The translations under genes were made by a program, and so were the position numbers. This document shows positions 18,657 to 28,527 of a DNA stretch of 64,000 nt, piece after piece. Below the pieces are notes generated by a model. It did not search any database, was not told where the DNA came from, and worked only from the letters and a program-made list of their open reading frames with translations. Where the stretch lies: the IMG/VR virus record IMGVR_UViG_3300025892_000008; one strand, given 5' to 3'. Source of the DNA: a virus. Taxonomy: Duplodnaviria > Caudoviricetes. Every line of letters begins with the position of its first letter. Within the stretch, counting starts at the first letter, position 1.

Positions 18657-19484
18657 TTAACTGTATGTTACTCTTACTAATCCGCCTGCACCGAATGATC
18701 CCCAACAAGCATTACTTGAACCAGTACCGTGTCCTGCTCCACCACCGCCTGGAAATGCTGCGTGTGCTGAACAACAAGCCAAGTTACCTGTACACCAGTG
18801 TTTGCCGCCTACTCCGTGTGGTGCTGCAAATGGTCCTGAAGGGCCGCCTGCTACCGAGAAGTAATCAGCACAACAGTTGTACTGTCTGTTCATTGAACCT
18901 GCTGTTCCTCTAAATGACATATCAGCGCCATAAGTTGCTTCGTTACATGCATTTGCTTGCCAACTACTGTTATATAAACCTCTGTTACACTGAACGTTAC
19001 CAATATGACAGTTATAACAGTTTGAAGATTTATCCCAAACTGTAGGACCGCCCATGCCGCCTGTTGCACAGAAATTACTTAAACCTGTACCATTAACATA
19101 ACTTCTGCAACCATGACGGTTGTTTACGTTACATCTACAACAACAACTACATGCTGAAGATCCAGCAGCACAAATTGTGTATGATGTGCCATCGCTAAAT
19201 CCGTGTACTGATTTTTGTAGTGTTTTTACAGCGTAGTTTCCGCCCTGTCCACCAATTCCGTTATCATAGTCACCACCTGATGAGCCACCTGGGCCTCCAC
19301 CTGATAGTATTTCAAATTTAATTGATGTAGTTCCTGCTGGTACAGACCAACTACAACATCTTCCGCCATTACATGGTGTCCACCAATCGCCGTCATATAC
19401 ATAAAATTCGTAACCTTCGGCAATTTTACATTGATGTTGATTGTTTGAATAAACTATACCTTTGTCTGATAATTGTACTGGCAT
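18657..19484 (-). CDS. Gly/Cys-rich fibre-tip protein (gp38-adhesin-like)
   Basis: Several GGxGG stretches and 22 Cys in 275 aa; directly downstream of the fibre with an intramolecular chaperone. Confidence 0.55.
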   Translation of the reverse strand: MPVQLSDKGIVYSNNQHQCKIAEGYEFYVYDGDWWTPCNGGRCCSWSVPAGTTSIKFEILSGGGPGGSSGGDYDNGIGGQGGNYAVKTLQKSVHGFSDGTSYTICAAGSSACSCCCRCNVNNRHGCRSYVNGTGLSNFCATGGMGGPTVWDKSSNCYNCHIGNVQCNRGLYNSSWQANACNEATYGADMSFRGTAGSMNRQYNCCADYFSVAGGPSGPFAAPHGVGGKHWCTGNLACCSAHAAFPGGGGAGHGTGSSNACWGSFGAGGLVRVTYS

Positions 19485-20356
19485 TATGCGTCTCCTCGTT
19501 TAATCATATCTAATTCTTCTTTTAAACTTTTTATAGATTCTATTAGCAGTGGAATAATTCTCTCATAATTTACAGCAAGATATCCATCTTCTCTTTCTAC
19601 TACTGCTGATGGAAGAACTTCTTGTACTTCTTGGGCAACAACCCCGTAGTCACGTTCTGTTCTTTCTGGATGCATCTCTTGCGCAATACTGTTCCAGTTA
19701 TATTCGTATCCTGAAATCTTTGCAATTTTTTCTAAACTGCCATCAATTTTTTCAAGGTTTTCTTTTAGTCTTTTGTCTGAAGATGCATATGAATATATAT
19801 CTCCACCTACATACATTGCTCCTGAAACTCCAACGCCGCCTGTTACTACTAATGTTCCAGTAGTTTTACTTGTTGACGCTGTGTTACCACCTAGTGTCAT
19901 TTTTCCTGTACTTGGCTGGAATGCTAATTTTGTTGTTGATACGTCTGTAACTGTTAGAAACCCTGAAGTTTGTGTTGTGATAACAGGGTAATATGTTGCA
20001 CTTGCTGCTGTTTCGTCAGTGTGTGTTGCACCTGCTGCTTGCCATGATAACACTCCACTACCGTTTGATACTAGAGCATATCCTGATACTGCTGCATCTG
20101 CTGCTGGTAAAGTCCATGTAACATCACTTGCAATAGTTGTAGGTGCTTTAAAAGCAACATAGTTTGAATCATCTGAGTCACCAAATCTTAAATCTGATTG
20201 TAACCCTAAATGCGTATTTGCTTGTATGTTAACTCTACCAGATCCTTGAGGATCAATAGTAATGTCTAGACCTGGTGCTGCGCTAATAGTAGTATTCGTA
20301 ATGTTAATTCCACCGAATGCACCACCAACTTCACCTGTTGTTATCTTTCTTGCCAT
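19484..20356 (-). CDS. Short tail fibre with C-terminal intramolecular chaperone (peptidase S74)
   Basis: SSDKRLKEN...GYEYNW...YGVVAQEV..VLP.AV...GYLAVNYE.IIPLLIESIK.L. Confidence 0.85.
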   Translation of the reverse strand: MARKITTGEVGGAFGGINITNTTISAAPGLDITIDPQGSGRVNIQANTHLGLQSDLRFGDSDDSNYVAFKAPTTIASDVTWTLPAADAAVSGYALVSNGSGVLSWQAAGATHTDETAASATYYPVITTQTSGFLTVTDVSTTKLAFQPSTGKMTLGGNTASTSKTTGTLVVTGGVGVSGAMYVGGDIYSYASSDKRLKENLEKIDGSLEKIAKISGYEYNWNSIAQEMHPERTERDYGVVAQEVQEVLPSAVVEREDGYLAVNYERIIPLLIESIKSLKEELDMIKRGDA

Positions 20357-20385
20357 TTAGTTTTCCTCTTAGTTACGACCTATCA

Positions 20386-20715
20386 TTATACAGTTGCTGT
20401 CTCAATACCCATTGCCACTGCGCTGATTCCAACGGTAGCAGCATAGATACTAATAATTTTACCTGTGTCTAAAACAAGTCCTGTTCTTTCTAACACACCA
20501 TTTGCTGCAATGCTTGTACCGTATTCGATAAACTCGCTATTTGCTGGTGCACCTGGACCTGCTGTTGTTGTAATTGCTACTCTAACTTGAATAGCACTAC
20601 TAGTTCTATTAGCAAGGCTAATTGAAGCCACTGCAAATGTATCTGCCGGAACTGTGTATAAATCAGTGTACGCTAACGCACCTAAATCTACTGCTCCTAA
20701 TCTTCCTGTTGCCAT
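20386..20715 (-). CDS. Small beta-rich virion protein (paralogue family A)
   Basis: 109 aa; LYTVP...S...ANR...I.V.VAI pattern shared with 34565-34897 and 38329-38697. Confidence 0.55.
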   Translation of the reverse strand: MATGRLGAVDLGALAYTDLYTVPADTFAVASISLANRTSSAIQVRVAITTTAGPGAPANSEFIEYGTSIAANGVLERTGLVLDTGKIISIYAATVGISAVAMGIETATV

Positions 20716-20737
20716 TTTATTTGTTCTCCACTGTTAT

Positions 20738-23700
20738 TTAGTTCAAAAAGTAATTATATGCTAAAGGAAGGCCCACAACGCCACCTTTAAAGTTGAATTT
20801 AGCATTCATTTCAATTACACCGCCTGTTGTAGTAGTAATAGTGTTGTTTTGGATTGTAATAAATCCAGCCGTTACACTGTTAACGTTAAGAGAAGCACCA
20901 CCGCCACCAATTTGTGAACTGATGTACGATTTAATTGCTCTCTGCGTTGGAACAATATTATCACTATTAGCACTAAAGAATGGATCTGTACTAAACTCTT
21001 GTACACTTGCTGAGTTACCACCTAGTGTAACTTCACCTAGTGTAAGTTCTTGTAGTCCTGAAATATTAAATGCATCAGCATTCAATGTTGCAACACCAGT
21101 TGATTGTTCAATTGTAAACAAGTCGCCAACTCTAAAGTTACCGTCTTGGTCAGTTGATGTAAAGAATACTCTACCACCGTTGTTATCTTTTGTTTCATTT
21201 GCTTGATCTGGCAACTGAGTTGGTGTATTAGGATAGTTAGTAGTAGTAAATCCACCAGTACCAACATCTAGGAAATCGTGTCCTGTCAAACGTACCTGTG
21301 AATATCTAATTCTAGTAGTTACTGTTGCTCCATCTGGTGGTGTATCAAATACTGTTACATCTGGTGCAATTTGTAAGAATGCTGTATAACTTCCATCATA
21401 TGAACCTAGTAGTGAAATAACCTGTACCAGTTTAAATGTTCTTTCTGGCAAGTGTCCAAACACAACGTTTGATCCTACTGCTGGAATTTTTGAAAGTCTT
21501 CTTACAGCAACAAACTGTCCGCTTTGGAATAAGTCTGCAAAACCGTTACCACTTAACAAGTCTGCACTTGCTGAAGTATATCCTGTTCCTCTATTAGTAA
21601 AGGATGGGCAACCTAATGCACCTTTACCGATTCTAACTTGTGTAGGTGCTTCGTATGTATTATTAGGATCTGTAATAGTTAATGTAGGTGCTGTGCTATA
21701 TCCACTGCCTGGCTCTACAAGTCTAATTGCAAATATTTTTTCAGTTGCAACAAATGCTCTACCAGTAGTAGTTGCACCTGCTTTAATTTGCATTGCTCCG
21801 TTACCACTTCCTTGTCTAACTCCTAAGAAACTACCTACTTGCTGTGGATTACCAAATGCTGTTGCTACTAATCCATTGCTTTCTGCATGTGTTCTTGCAG
21901 TCCAAACAATACCATCTGGTGATGTAGCATAATTTGCACCGTTACTTACTGCTACAAACATACCTTGTCCGTATTCAATATTAGACCATTGTGCTGTAGC
22001 CGGAAGTGTACTTGCTATCCATGTTACTCCACCGTCAATACTTACTGCGGCTACTGTTCCGTTTGTTGATGAAACTGCAACGAATCTGTTATTACCATAA
22101 GTTACACTGCTCCAGTTTGAGCTGCTTGGTAAAGTTGCTGCTGTCCATGTTACTCCAAGATCGCTGGAGTATGCTGCTGCTGTGCCGCCACTTGCTACTG
22201 CTACCCAGTATCCTTGACCGTATGCAATGCTTTCCCAAGTTGTTGCACTAGGTAATGTTCCTGGGGAAGTCCATGATACGCCGTTAGTTATTGACAGTGC
22301 AACTGCGTTTGTACCAGTTTTGATTGCCATAAAGTTACCAGCACCGTATCCAATTGCGTTCCAAGTTCCTGTGCTTGGTAAATTACCACCTGCTACATAA
22401 GTTGCACCAGCGTCTAATGAATAAGCAACATCATCAACACCACTGCCTCCTGCTATAGCAACTATTGCTGCTGCATTTTCTCTTGCTTCACCTGCAATTG
22501 TTGTAAATGATCCTACACCAGTAGCAACAAATGTTGTTCCTGTAACAATTGAAGTTGATCCAATTGATAACCAAGGTGTGTCACCTGGTGTTGTAATTGT
22601 GTAAGAACGTCCTACAACAAAATTTCCTGCACTAATAACTCTTTGTAAGCGTCCTGCAGCAATTCCTGTCCAAGTTGTACTTACTGGTAATGCTGTGCCT
22701 GCAGTAAATGTAGATGCATCTAATGATGCGTTTGTAGTTGTACCACTTGCACTACTAATTGCAACAAATGTTCCACCTCGTGCTGTACCATCCTTATCAA
22801 ATGCTAGGATTGCACCAGAGGAAGCATTAACTGATGTAATTGTAATTGTAATGTTGTTTGCGCCGGTTGTTCCGCCAACTGCTGCACCGTTAAATGTTAA
22901 AACTTCATTTGCAGCATAGCCAGTTCCGCCAGCAATTAAATCAACTCTATACTTGGTACCTTTTGCAGTAACATTAAATGTTGCGCCAGATCCAGATCCT
23001 GTTGTTGAGTTTTGTGAAATAGTTGCATAAGTGTTATAGAACTCACTATATGTAATTCCTGTCCAAGTTGTACTTCCATTAGTAGTTCTAGCAGTAGTAC
23101 TATGAGTTGGTGCAGTAAACGCTACTTGAGGTTCAATTGTATAAGTTGTTGATGCATCAGGTGCTGCAATAGTAGTACCTGGTACTATATGATCCCAGCC
23201 TGCTGCGCCTGTTGAAGGTTTTGTAACAGTTGCTACTTTAGTACCTGAGTTATATGTTGCAATATTACCAAACTGCCCAACACCTGTACCGCCATCTAGG
23301 TAAACTCTCATACCTATATAAGCCAAAGATGTTTCAGAGTCAGTTGCAGCAATTGTAATTTGTGATGTTGTTCCGCCCTGTGCAGTGTTTGAATTTGTAA
23401 TGTATCCAAACCCACCGTAGTTTCCTGCTGCTTCTGGTGCTGATGTTGAATCATCAACATTATCAAGAAGTCTTACTTCGAATACAGAGTCATCTCTAAA
23501 TTCTTTATCTTGTTCTGCTGTTGCATTTGATCCTGCACCAAACAGTCCCCATTGAGTTTCAGTGTATTCTGAACCAGCATTAGTAAATTCAAAGTTAAGA
23601 ATTTTATTAGCAGCGTCAGTCATAACACTTCCAACTGTTGATTCAAACTGTAATCTGTTATCAACAATCGCTGTTCCAGGAGTTTCAGTTGAATCAAAAC

Positions 23701-26700
23701 CTTCTGCTACTGAACCAAACGATCCGTATGAGTTGTTACCGTTTGTACCTCTAATTCTTCCACCTTCTGTAGCCAAGTAACCAATGTGTGAGTAATATGT
23801 AAACACTGATACAAGCTCTGCTCTACCATTGTTTGCTACCCAAGCACCAATACCATCACTAATTAATTGTGTAAAGTCGTTTGATACTATTGAATCGTTA
23901 CCGCCTGCGTGTAATGCTCCATCAATTTTTTGTCCAATTGCAGCATTACCAAATGTTGCAACGTTTTGTACATATGGTGAACGTGCAATAATCCAAGTAC
24001 GGAAGTCATCTACTCCCCAACCTGGATCTAATGAAGCGTAAGCACCTGCTGATACTCTAGATGTTCCATATTCGTTTGGTGGTAATACGTCTCCACGTAA
24101 TCCGTCAAGTGTCATATTACGTAAACCAGTTCCGTTACGTAAGTAGAAGAAATCTTCTTCCATGCTACCTGTAACTGAATTGGCATAATATCTTGCGCAA
24201 TATCTTGATTTATAATTTGAAGACCATTGTAAATCCCATTTCATTGCATCAATATATTTGTCTACATCTCTAGCACATGCTGTTTCGCTATAAACTATTT
24301 CAACACCCATTGTACCGCCTGATGCTGTTGATAATCCAAGAGCATTAGCACCGTATCTAGTTGTGCTTACAGTAAACGATGTTGCATTAATAATTTCTTT
24401 TACATAATAAGTTGTGCCTGTTGCTAATCCACCAATTACAGTTCCTGTAAATTGTATTGCAACATTTCTTACTAGCCAACTAGTATCAGTTATTGTTAAA
24501 GAATTTGTACCAGCGTCTGTTGCTGTTGCAGTATCGCTAAATGTTTGATCGATATATGCAGCAACTTCTGCTTTAATAAATGCTCTATTTTCTTCAAGTT
24601 TTAATCTAGCATAGTCTCTGTTTCTAACATCAGTTGCACAAACATCTCCTTCGTTTGTTGCACTAAAGAATATTGTGTCTAATTTATCCATCAATAATAC
24701 AACTCTTGCTGCGGCTGTTGCATCACTGTTTAAGTATGTTGCAGTATCAGCAGCAATTATTCTTGCTAGTTCTTTGAAAGACGCTCTAGTAGCGGCTTTT
24801 TGTCCTTTAGTGTATACATCGCTTGAAGTACTACGCAAATATGCTATTGCTGCAATGTGTGTTGCAAAATTTGTTGAGTCTGCGTTAGATGCTCCAGCAC
24901 CTAACATAAAGTCAAACATAACTGCTTCGAGAATTAATCTTGTATCTCTTTTACACTTAGCAGAATCATATGTAAGTGTAGGAAAGTTGTTAGTAATGTA
25001 AGTAGTAACCAGTGTTGCAAGGGCCTCTTGCTGCGCATCTAAGGTCTCTGCAGCGGTGATAAGTGCTGTTGTTGAACTTACAGCATTAGTAACTGCTGGA
25101 TAGTTCTCAACGTGAGCTGGTACACTTAGTCCTGTTGCATCTGTTAATGTAACAACACTTCCACCAAATGTTAAACTAACTGTGAAAGTAGTTGCTGCTG
25201 GTGTGCTTATAATCCAATATTTTGTATTTGCTACTAAGTTATTTGAACTTTCTAAAGGAATAAATGCATCGCCAACTTGTAATCCGTGTGCTGCACTTGT
25301 TGTAATAACATTTGATGCTGTTGTAGTTACAGTAACAAACGGTAAGTCTGCTCCTGTTGAATCTCCAGCAAGTGTATTAAGTATAATATCAAAGTTATCT
25401 GATACAAATGTTGCGGGTGTAGCACCTGCATCTGAATTCAGATAACGTGGAGTATTAGTTTGTAAAGGTGTAATTGCTTGGTTCCTTACAATTTGTCCTA
25501 ATAATGTTTTTAAGTAATTGTATGCTGCAATAGTCTGTGTAACTGCATTACTATTCAATGCACTTGTAGAACTTTCTCCATCCCAATATGCTTTTGCTGC
25601 ATTTAGTGTTTGATAATTTCCACCATAAGTTAAATCATAACTTAAAGCATCTACAATGTAACCAACATCTTGTCTACATTTAGTTTTACTGTATTTTAAA
25701 GTTGAATAGTTATTTGTAATATACTGAATAACTTCTTCTTGTAGGAATTTTTTATTTTCAGTAACGTTTTCTTTAGCGGTACCATAACCTGCCAAGTAAC
25801 CCGCATTGTATCCTGTTGGCTCTGTTAAATTGGTTGTATGTTTTACACCAAGTTTAAAATCAATTTGCTCCATGATTACATCGGCTAACTTCGCTGTAAG
25901 TGCTGGTGTTTCGGTATCGTCTGCTACAGGCCATGTTTGGTCTTGTGTAGTTGTGTTTCCTGTAGTAGGAGTTACTGTTGTACCTTGTACAACATTGTCA
26001 ATGAATCCTTTCAAGTGTTTCAAAGTTTCTATAGAGTAGTATGAATCAGTTATGTCAGTACCGCTTTCAGTTGCGTCAGCCGCATCAACGTTTACTGTTC
26101 TAACTTCATCACCTAATATACAAACTTCTGCTGGAACAATGATAGGTAATATTTCTTTGTACTGTCCTGCTTTTACATACACTAATGCATTAGGTACAAT
26201 TCTTTCTGGAATTGCACTTGTGTCGCCTGCTGTGACAGTATCTGTTACAATCTTTAATAGTGATGCTACAGATGTAGTAACACCTGTTTCAGTTACAAGA
26301 GTAGTGTTAAAGTATTGGTCTGCAACTGCTGTTGAGTCAGTACCATCTTGATATGCAACTGCTGGTGCTGTATTTGCTAATACATTACCCATAATTGTTT
26401 CTAGGTATGTGTATGCTGCTACAGACTGTTGAGCTTCTGCTGCAAGTCCTGCACCACCATAAACTTTATCTTCTGATGCTGCTGAAAATTCGCCATCTGC
26501 ACTAAATCCGTTAACAAAAGATAGTGCTGCTGCACGTACTTTTAAATTTCCGCCGTGTCCAAGATCCCAAATAATTCTATCAATTATAAAACCAACGTCT
26601 CTTTCACATTTGTATTCGTCGAAATCAAAACCGTTCCAAATACCAGAGCCGCCTGCGTTAGCAACTTGATATTGGATCCAACTTGAAGTTTCTCTTTGTA

Positions 26701-28477
26701 AGAATACTCTATTTCTTTCTAACAAATGCTGTGCGTTAGGATTTCTTGGTCCATCTTCTATTTGTTCACAAGCATATCTAATTGTTTTAAATGGTCTATC
26801 AAGTGATGAACCGTGAACTGGTGAAAGTCCATCTGTTCCGTGCGGAGCAACGTAATAGATTTGATCTGTTTTTCCTAATGATTTCCATTCTGGAAGTGTT
26901 CCTGTTGATACTAGAACTTGTCCTTCTTCTCCAATCGGAAGTCTTGTTGGTCCAGCACCTGAGTAGTAAACCATATCACCTTCAGTTGTCAATACTGAAA
27001 CATCACTACCAATTGTAAATGCATTCCAATACGTTCCTGAAATATCTTGATCTGGTCTTGAATTGTCTGCGCCGCCACCTGCTGCGCCTACTGTTGATCC
27101 ATCGTCACCTTCTGATCTATGATTTAGTATACAGATATAACTGTTTGAACCAAAGCGTACAACGTCACCTACAAAATATCCATTGTCATCAGTCCATGTA
27201 CCTTGCCAAGCAAAACCGCTGGCTACTTGATACCAATATGTTGTGTTAGGAGCAATTGCTGCTGCTCTACCAACCATAGTTCCTGTAGCAGTTGTAGGAA
27301 CAAATTCAGTTCCTGCTGGCGCTATAGAAATAGTAAACTTCGTTGCGTTAGTAACTGTTTTAATATAATATGTTGCACCTTCAAATACATTTCCAATTGT
27401 ACCTGATGTAAATCTAACAGCCATGTTTGCAACAAGTGCAGAAGTATCTGCTACTGTAAATGTGTTATCAACTGCAGATGTTGCAGTAACACTTAGTACA
27501 GTTGAAGGAGAATCCTTAACTGCTCTGTATGTATATCCGTTTAATCTAACAGCATCACCAATCTTATATGATGTGTTAATAGACCAATCGCCTTGGTATG
27601 TAAAGTTTTCGCTTAATAAATCCCAATCAGTTTGACTTGATGCTGTAGGAACTGTTCCTGTGTGTTGTGTTTTTGATACATATTGGTTACCACCATATCT
27701 TACAATATCGCCTGACTGATAAGGAGTACCAATGTTCCAATTATTTTCGTATTCAAAACCTTCTACAAACTGTTCCCAGTATCCGCTAGTTACGTCTGCT
27801 GCAAAATCTGTTGTTGAAGTATGACTCTGAGCTGCCTTGACTATCCATAAGCCAGCGCCTCTCTTAACAACATCATTAACTTTATATCTAGTTGCTGGTG
27901 CCCAATCGGCTTTGTATTCAATTCCTTGATTGAAATAATCCCAATAACTTTGTTGTGCTTCTAAACCATCTGCAACTGTAGCAGTTGAAGTATGTGCTGT
28001 TTTACAAACATAAGTTGTTCCGCCATACTTGACTAAATCGTTTACTTTGTATCTTGTTAATACAGTCCAATCAGTTTTCCAATCAAAACCTTCAGCAAAT
28101 AAATCCCACTTGGTTGTGTCTACTTCTAATCCAGTTGTAGTTTCAGCGCCTGCGGCTCCTGTTCCTAAACTTGAATTTGATGTGTGAGAATCATTACAAA
28201 GGTATAGTAAACCACCATATTTAACAACGTCGTTAATTTTGTAAAATGTAGATACTGCCCAATCGCCTTTCCAGGATTGACCATCGCTCATTTGATTCCA
28301 TTTAGTCGGACTATACTCTAAATCTGTGTTAAAATCTGTTGAGTCTGATGTATGTCCTACCGCACAAATGTAAGTACGGCCGCCATATCGTATAACGTCA
28401 TCGACGTAGTACGTTGAAGAAGGTGCCCAAGAGTCCTTCCAAACAAATCTAATTCTACCTAGTTTAAATTCAGCCAT
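20738..28477 (-). CDS. Giant fibre/spike virion protein (2579 aa)
   Basis: Seven N-terminal W..Y...D.V..GG..Y.C...HTS repeats; YYVAPHG.D...RPFKTIRYA beta-helix entry motif; CxRD helical repeats; Asp-box S.DG.TW repeats; C-terminus GHDFLDVGTG...GGRVFFTSTDQ.GNFR shared with the next gene. Confidence 0.75.
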   Translation of the reverse strand: MAEFKLGRIRFVWKDSWAPSSTYYVDDVIRYGGRTYICAVGHTSDSTDFNTDLEYSPTKWNQMSDGQSWKGDWAVSTFYKINDVVKYGGLLYLCNDSHTSNSSLGTGAAGAETTTGLEVDTTKWDLFAEGFDWKTDWTVLTRYKVNDLVKYGGTTYVCKTAHTSTATVADGLEAQQSYWDYFNQGIEYKADWAPATRYKVNDVVKRGAGLWIVKAAQSHTSTTDFAADVTSGYWEQFVEGFEYENNWNIGTPYQSGDIVRYGGNQYVSKTQHTGTVPTASSQTDWDLLSENFTYQGDWSINTSYKIGDAVRLNGYTYRAVKDSPSTVLSVTATSAVDNTFTVADTSALVANMAVRFTSGTIGNVFEGATYYIKTVTNATKFTISIAPAGTEFVPTTATGTMVGRAAAIAPNTTYWYQVASGFAWQGTWTDDNGYFVGDVVRFGSNSYICILNHRSEGDDGSTVGAAGGGADNSRPDQDISGTYWNAFTIGSDVSVLTTEGDMVYYSGAGPTRLPIGEEGQVLVSTGTLPEWKSLGKTDQIYYVAPHGTDGLSPVHGSSLDRPFKTIRYACEQIEDGPRNPNAQHLLERNRVFLQRETSSWIQYQVANAGGSGIWNGFDFDEYKCERDVGFIIDRIIWDLGHGGNLKVRAAALSFVNGFSADGEFSAASEDKVYGGAGLAAEAQQSVAAYTYLETIMGNVLANTAPAVAYQDGTDSTAVADQYFNTTLVTETGVTTSVASLLKIVTDTVTAGDTSAIPERIVPNALVYVKAGQYKEILPIIVPAEVCILGDEVRTVNVDAADATESGTDITDSYYSIETLKHLKGFIDNVVQGTTVTPTTGNTTTQDQTWPVADDTETPALTAKLADVIMEQIDFKLGVKHTTNLTEPTGYNAGYLAGYGTAKENVTENKKFLQEEVIQYITNNYSTLKYSKTKCRQDVGYIVDALSYDLTYGGNYQTLNAAKAYWDGESSTSALNSNAVTQTIAAYNYLKTLLGQIVRNQAITPLQTNTPRYLNSDAGATPATFVSDNFDIILNTLAGDSTGADLPFVTVTTTASNVITTSAAHGLQVGDAFIPLESSNNLVANTKYWIISTPAATTFTVSLTFGGSVVTLTDATGLSVPAHVENYPAVTNAVSSTTALITAAETLDAQQEALATLVTTYITNNFPTLTYDSAKCKRDTRLILEAVMFDFMLGAGASNADSTNFATHIAAIAYLRSTSSDVYTKGQKAATRASFKELARIIAADTATYLNSDATAAARVVLLMDKLDTIFFSATNEGDVCATDVRNRDYARLKLEENRAFIKAEVAAYIDQTFSDTATATDAGTNSLTITDTSWLVRNVAIQFTGTVIGGLATGTTYYVKEIINATSFTVSTTRYGANALGLSTASGGTMGVEIVYSETACARDVDKYIDAMKWDLQWSSNYKSRYCARYYANSVTGSMEEDFFYLRNGTGLRNMTLDGLRGDVLPPNEYGTSRVSAGAYASLDPGWGVDDFRTWIIARSPYVQNVATFGNAAIGQKIDGALHAGGNDSIVSNDFTQLISDGIGAWVANNGRAELVSVFTYYSHIGYLATEGGRIRGTNGNNSYGSFGSVAEGFDSTETPGTAIVDNRLQFESTVGSVMTDAANKILNFEFTNAGSEYTETQWGLFGAGSNATAEQDKEFRDDSVFEVRLLDNVDDSTSAPEAAGNYGGFGYITNSNTAQGGTTSQITIAATDSETSLAYIGMRVYLDGGTGVGQFGNIATYNSGTKVATVTKPSTGAAGWDHIVPGTTIAAPDASTTYTIEPQVAFTAPTHSTTARTTNGSTTWTGITYSEFYNTYATISQNSTTGSGSGATFNVTAKGTKYRVDLIAGGTGYAANEVLTFNGAAVGGTTGANNITITITSVNASSGAILAFDKDGTARGGTFVAISSASGTTTNASLDASTFTAGTALPVSTTWTGIAAGRLQRVISAGNFVVGRSYTITTPGDTPWLSIGSTSIVTGTTFVATGVGSFTTIAGEARENAAAIVAIAGGSGVDDVAYSLDAGATYVAGGNLPSTGTWNAIGYGAGNFMAIKTGTNAVALSITNGVSWTSPGTLPSATTWESIAYGQGYWVAVASGGTAAAYSSDLGVTWTAATLPSSSNWSSVTYGNNRFVAVSSTNGTVAAVSIDGGVTWIASTLPATAQWSNIEYGQGMFVAVSNGANYATSPDGIVWTARTHAESNGLVATAFGNPQQVGSFLGVRQGSGNGAMQIKAGATTTGRAFVATEKIFAIRLVEPGSGYSTAPTLTITDPNNTYEAPTQVRIGKGALGCPSFTNRGTGYTSASADLLSGNGFADLFQSGQFVAVRRLSKIPAVGSNVVFGHLPERTFKLVQVISLLGSYDGSYTAFLQIAPDVTVFDTPPDGATVTTRIRYSQVRLTGHDFLDVGTGGFTTTNYPNTPTQLPDQANETKDNNGGRVFFTSTDQDGNFRVGDLFTIEQSTGVATLNADAFNISGLQELTLGEVTLGGNSASVQEFSTDPFFSANSDNIVPTQRAIKSYISSQIGGGGASLNVNSVTAGFITIQNNTITTTTGGVIEMNAKFNFKGGVVGLPLAYNYFLN

Positions 28478-28500
28478 TGTATCTTTCCATTGTTATATTA

Positions 28501-28507
28501 TATTTAT
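28501..28507 (-). promoter_or_regulatory. Late promoter ATAAATA
   Basis: Exact box upstream of the 2579-aa gene. Confidence 0.7.
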
Positions 28508-28527
28508 CCATGTTACTATAGTTCTCC

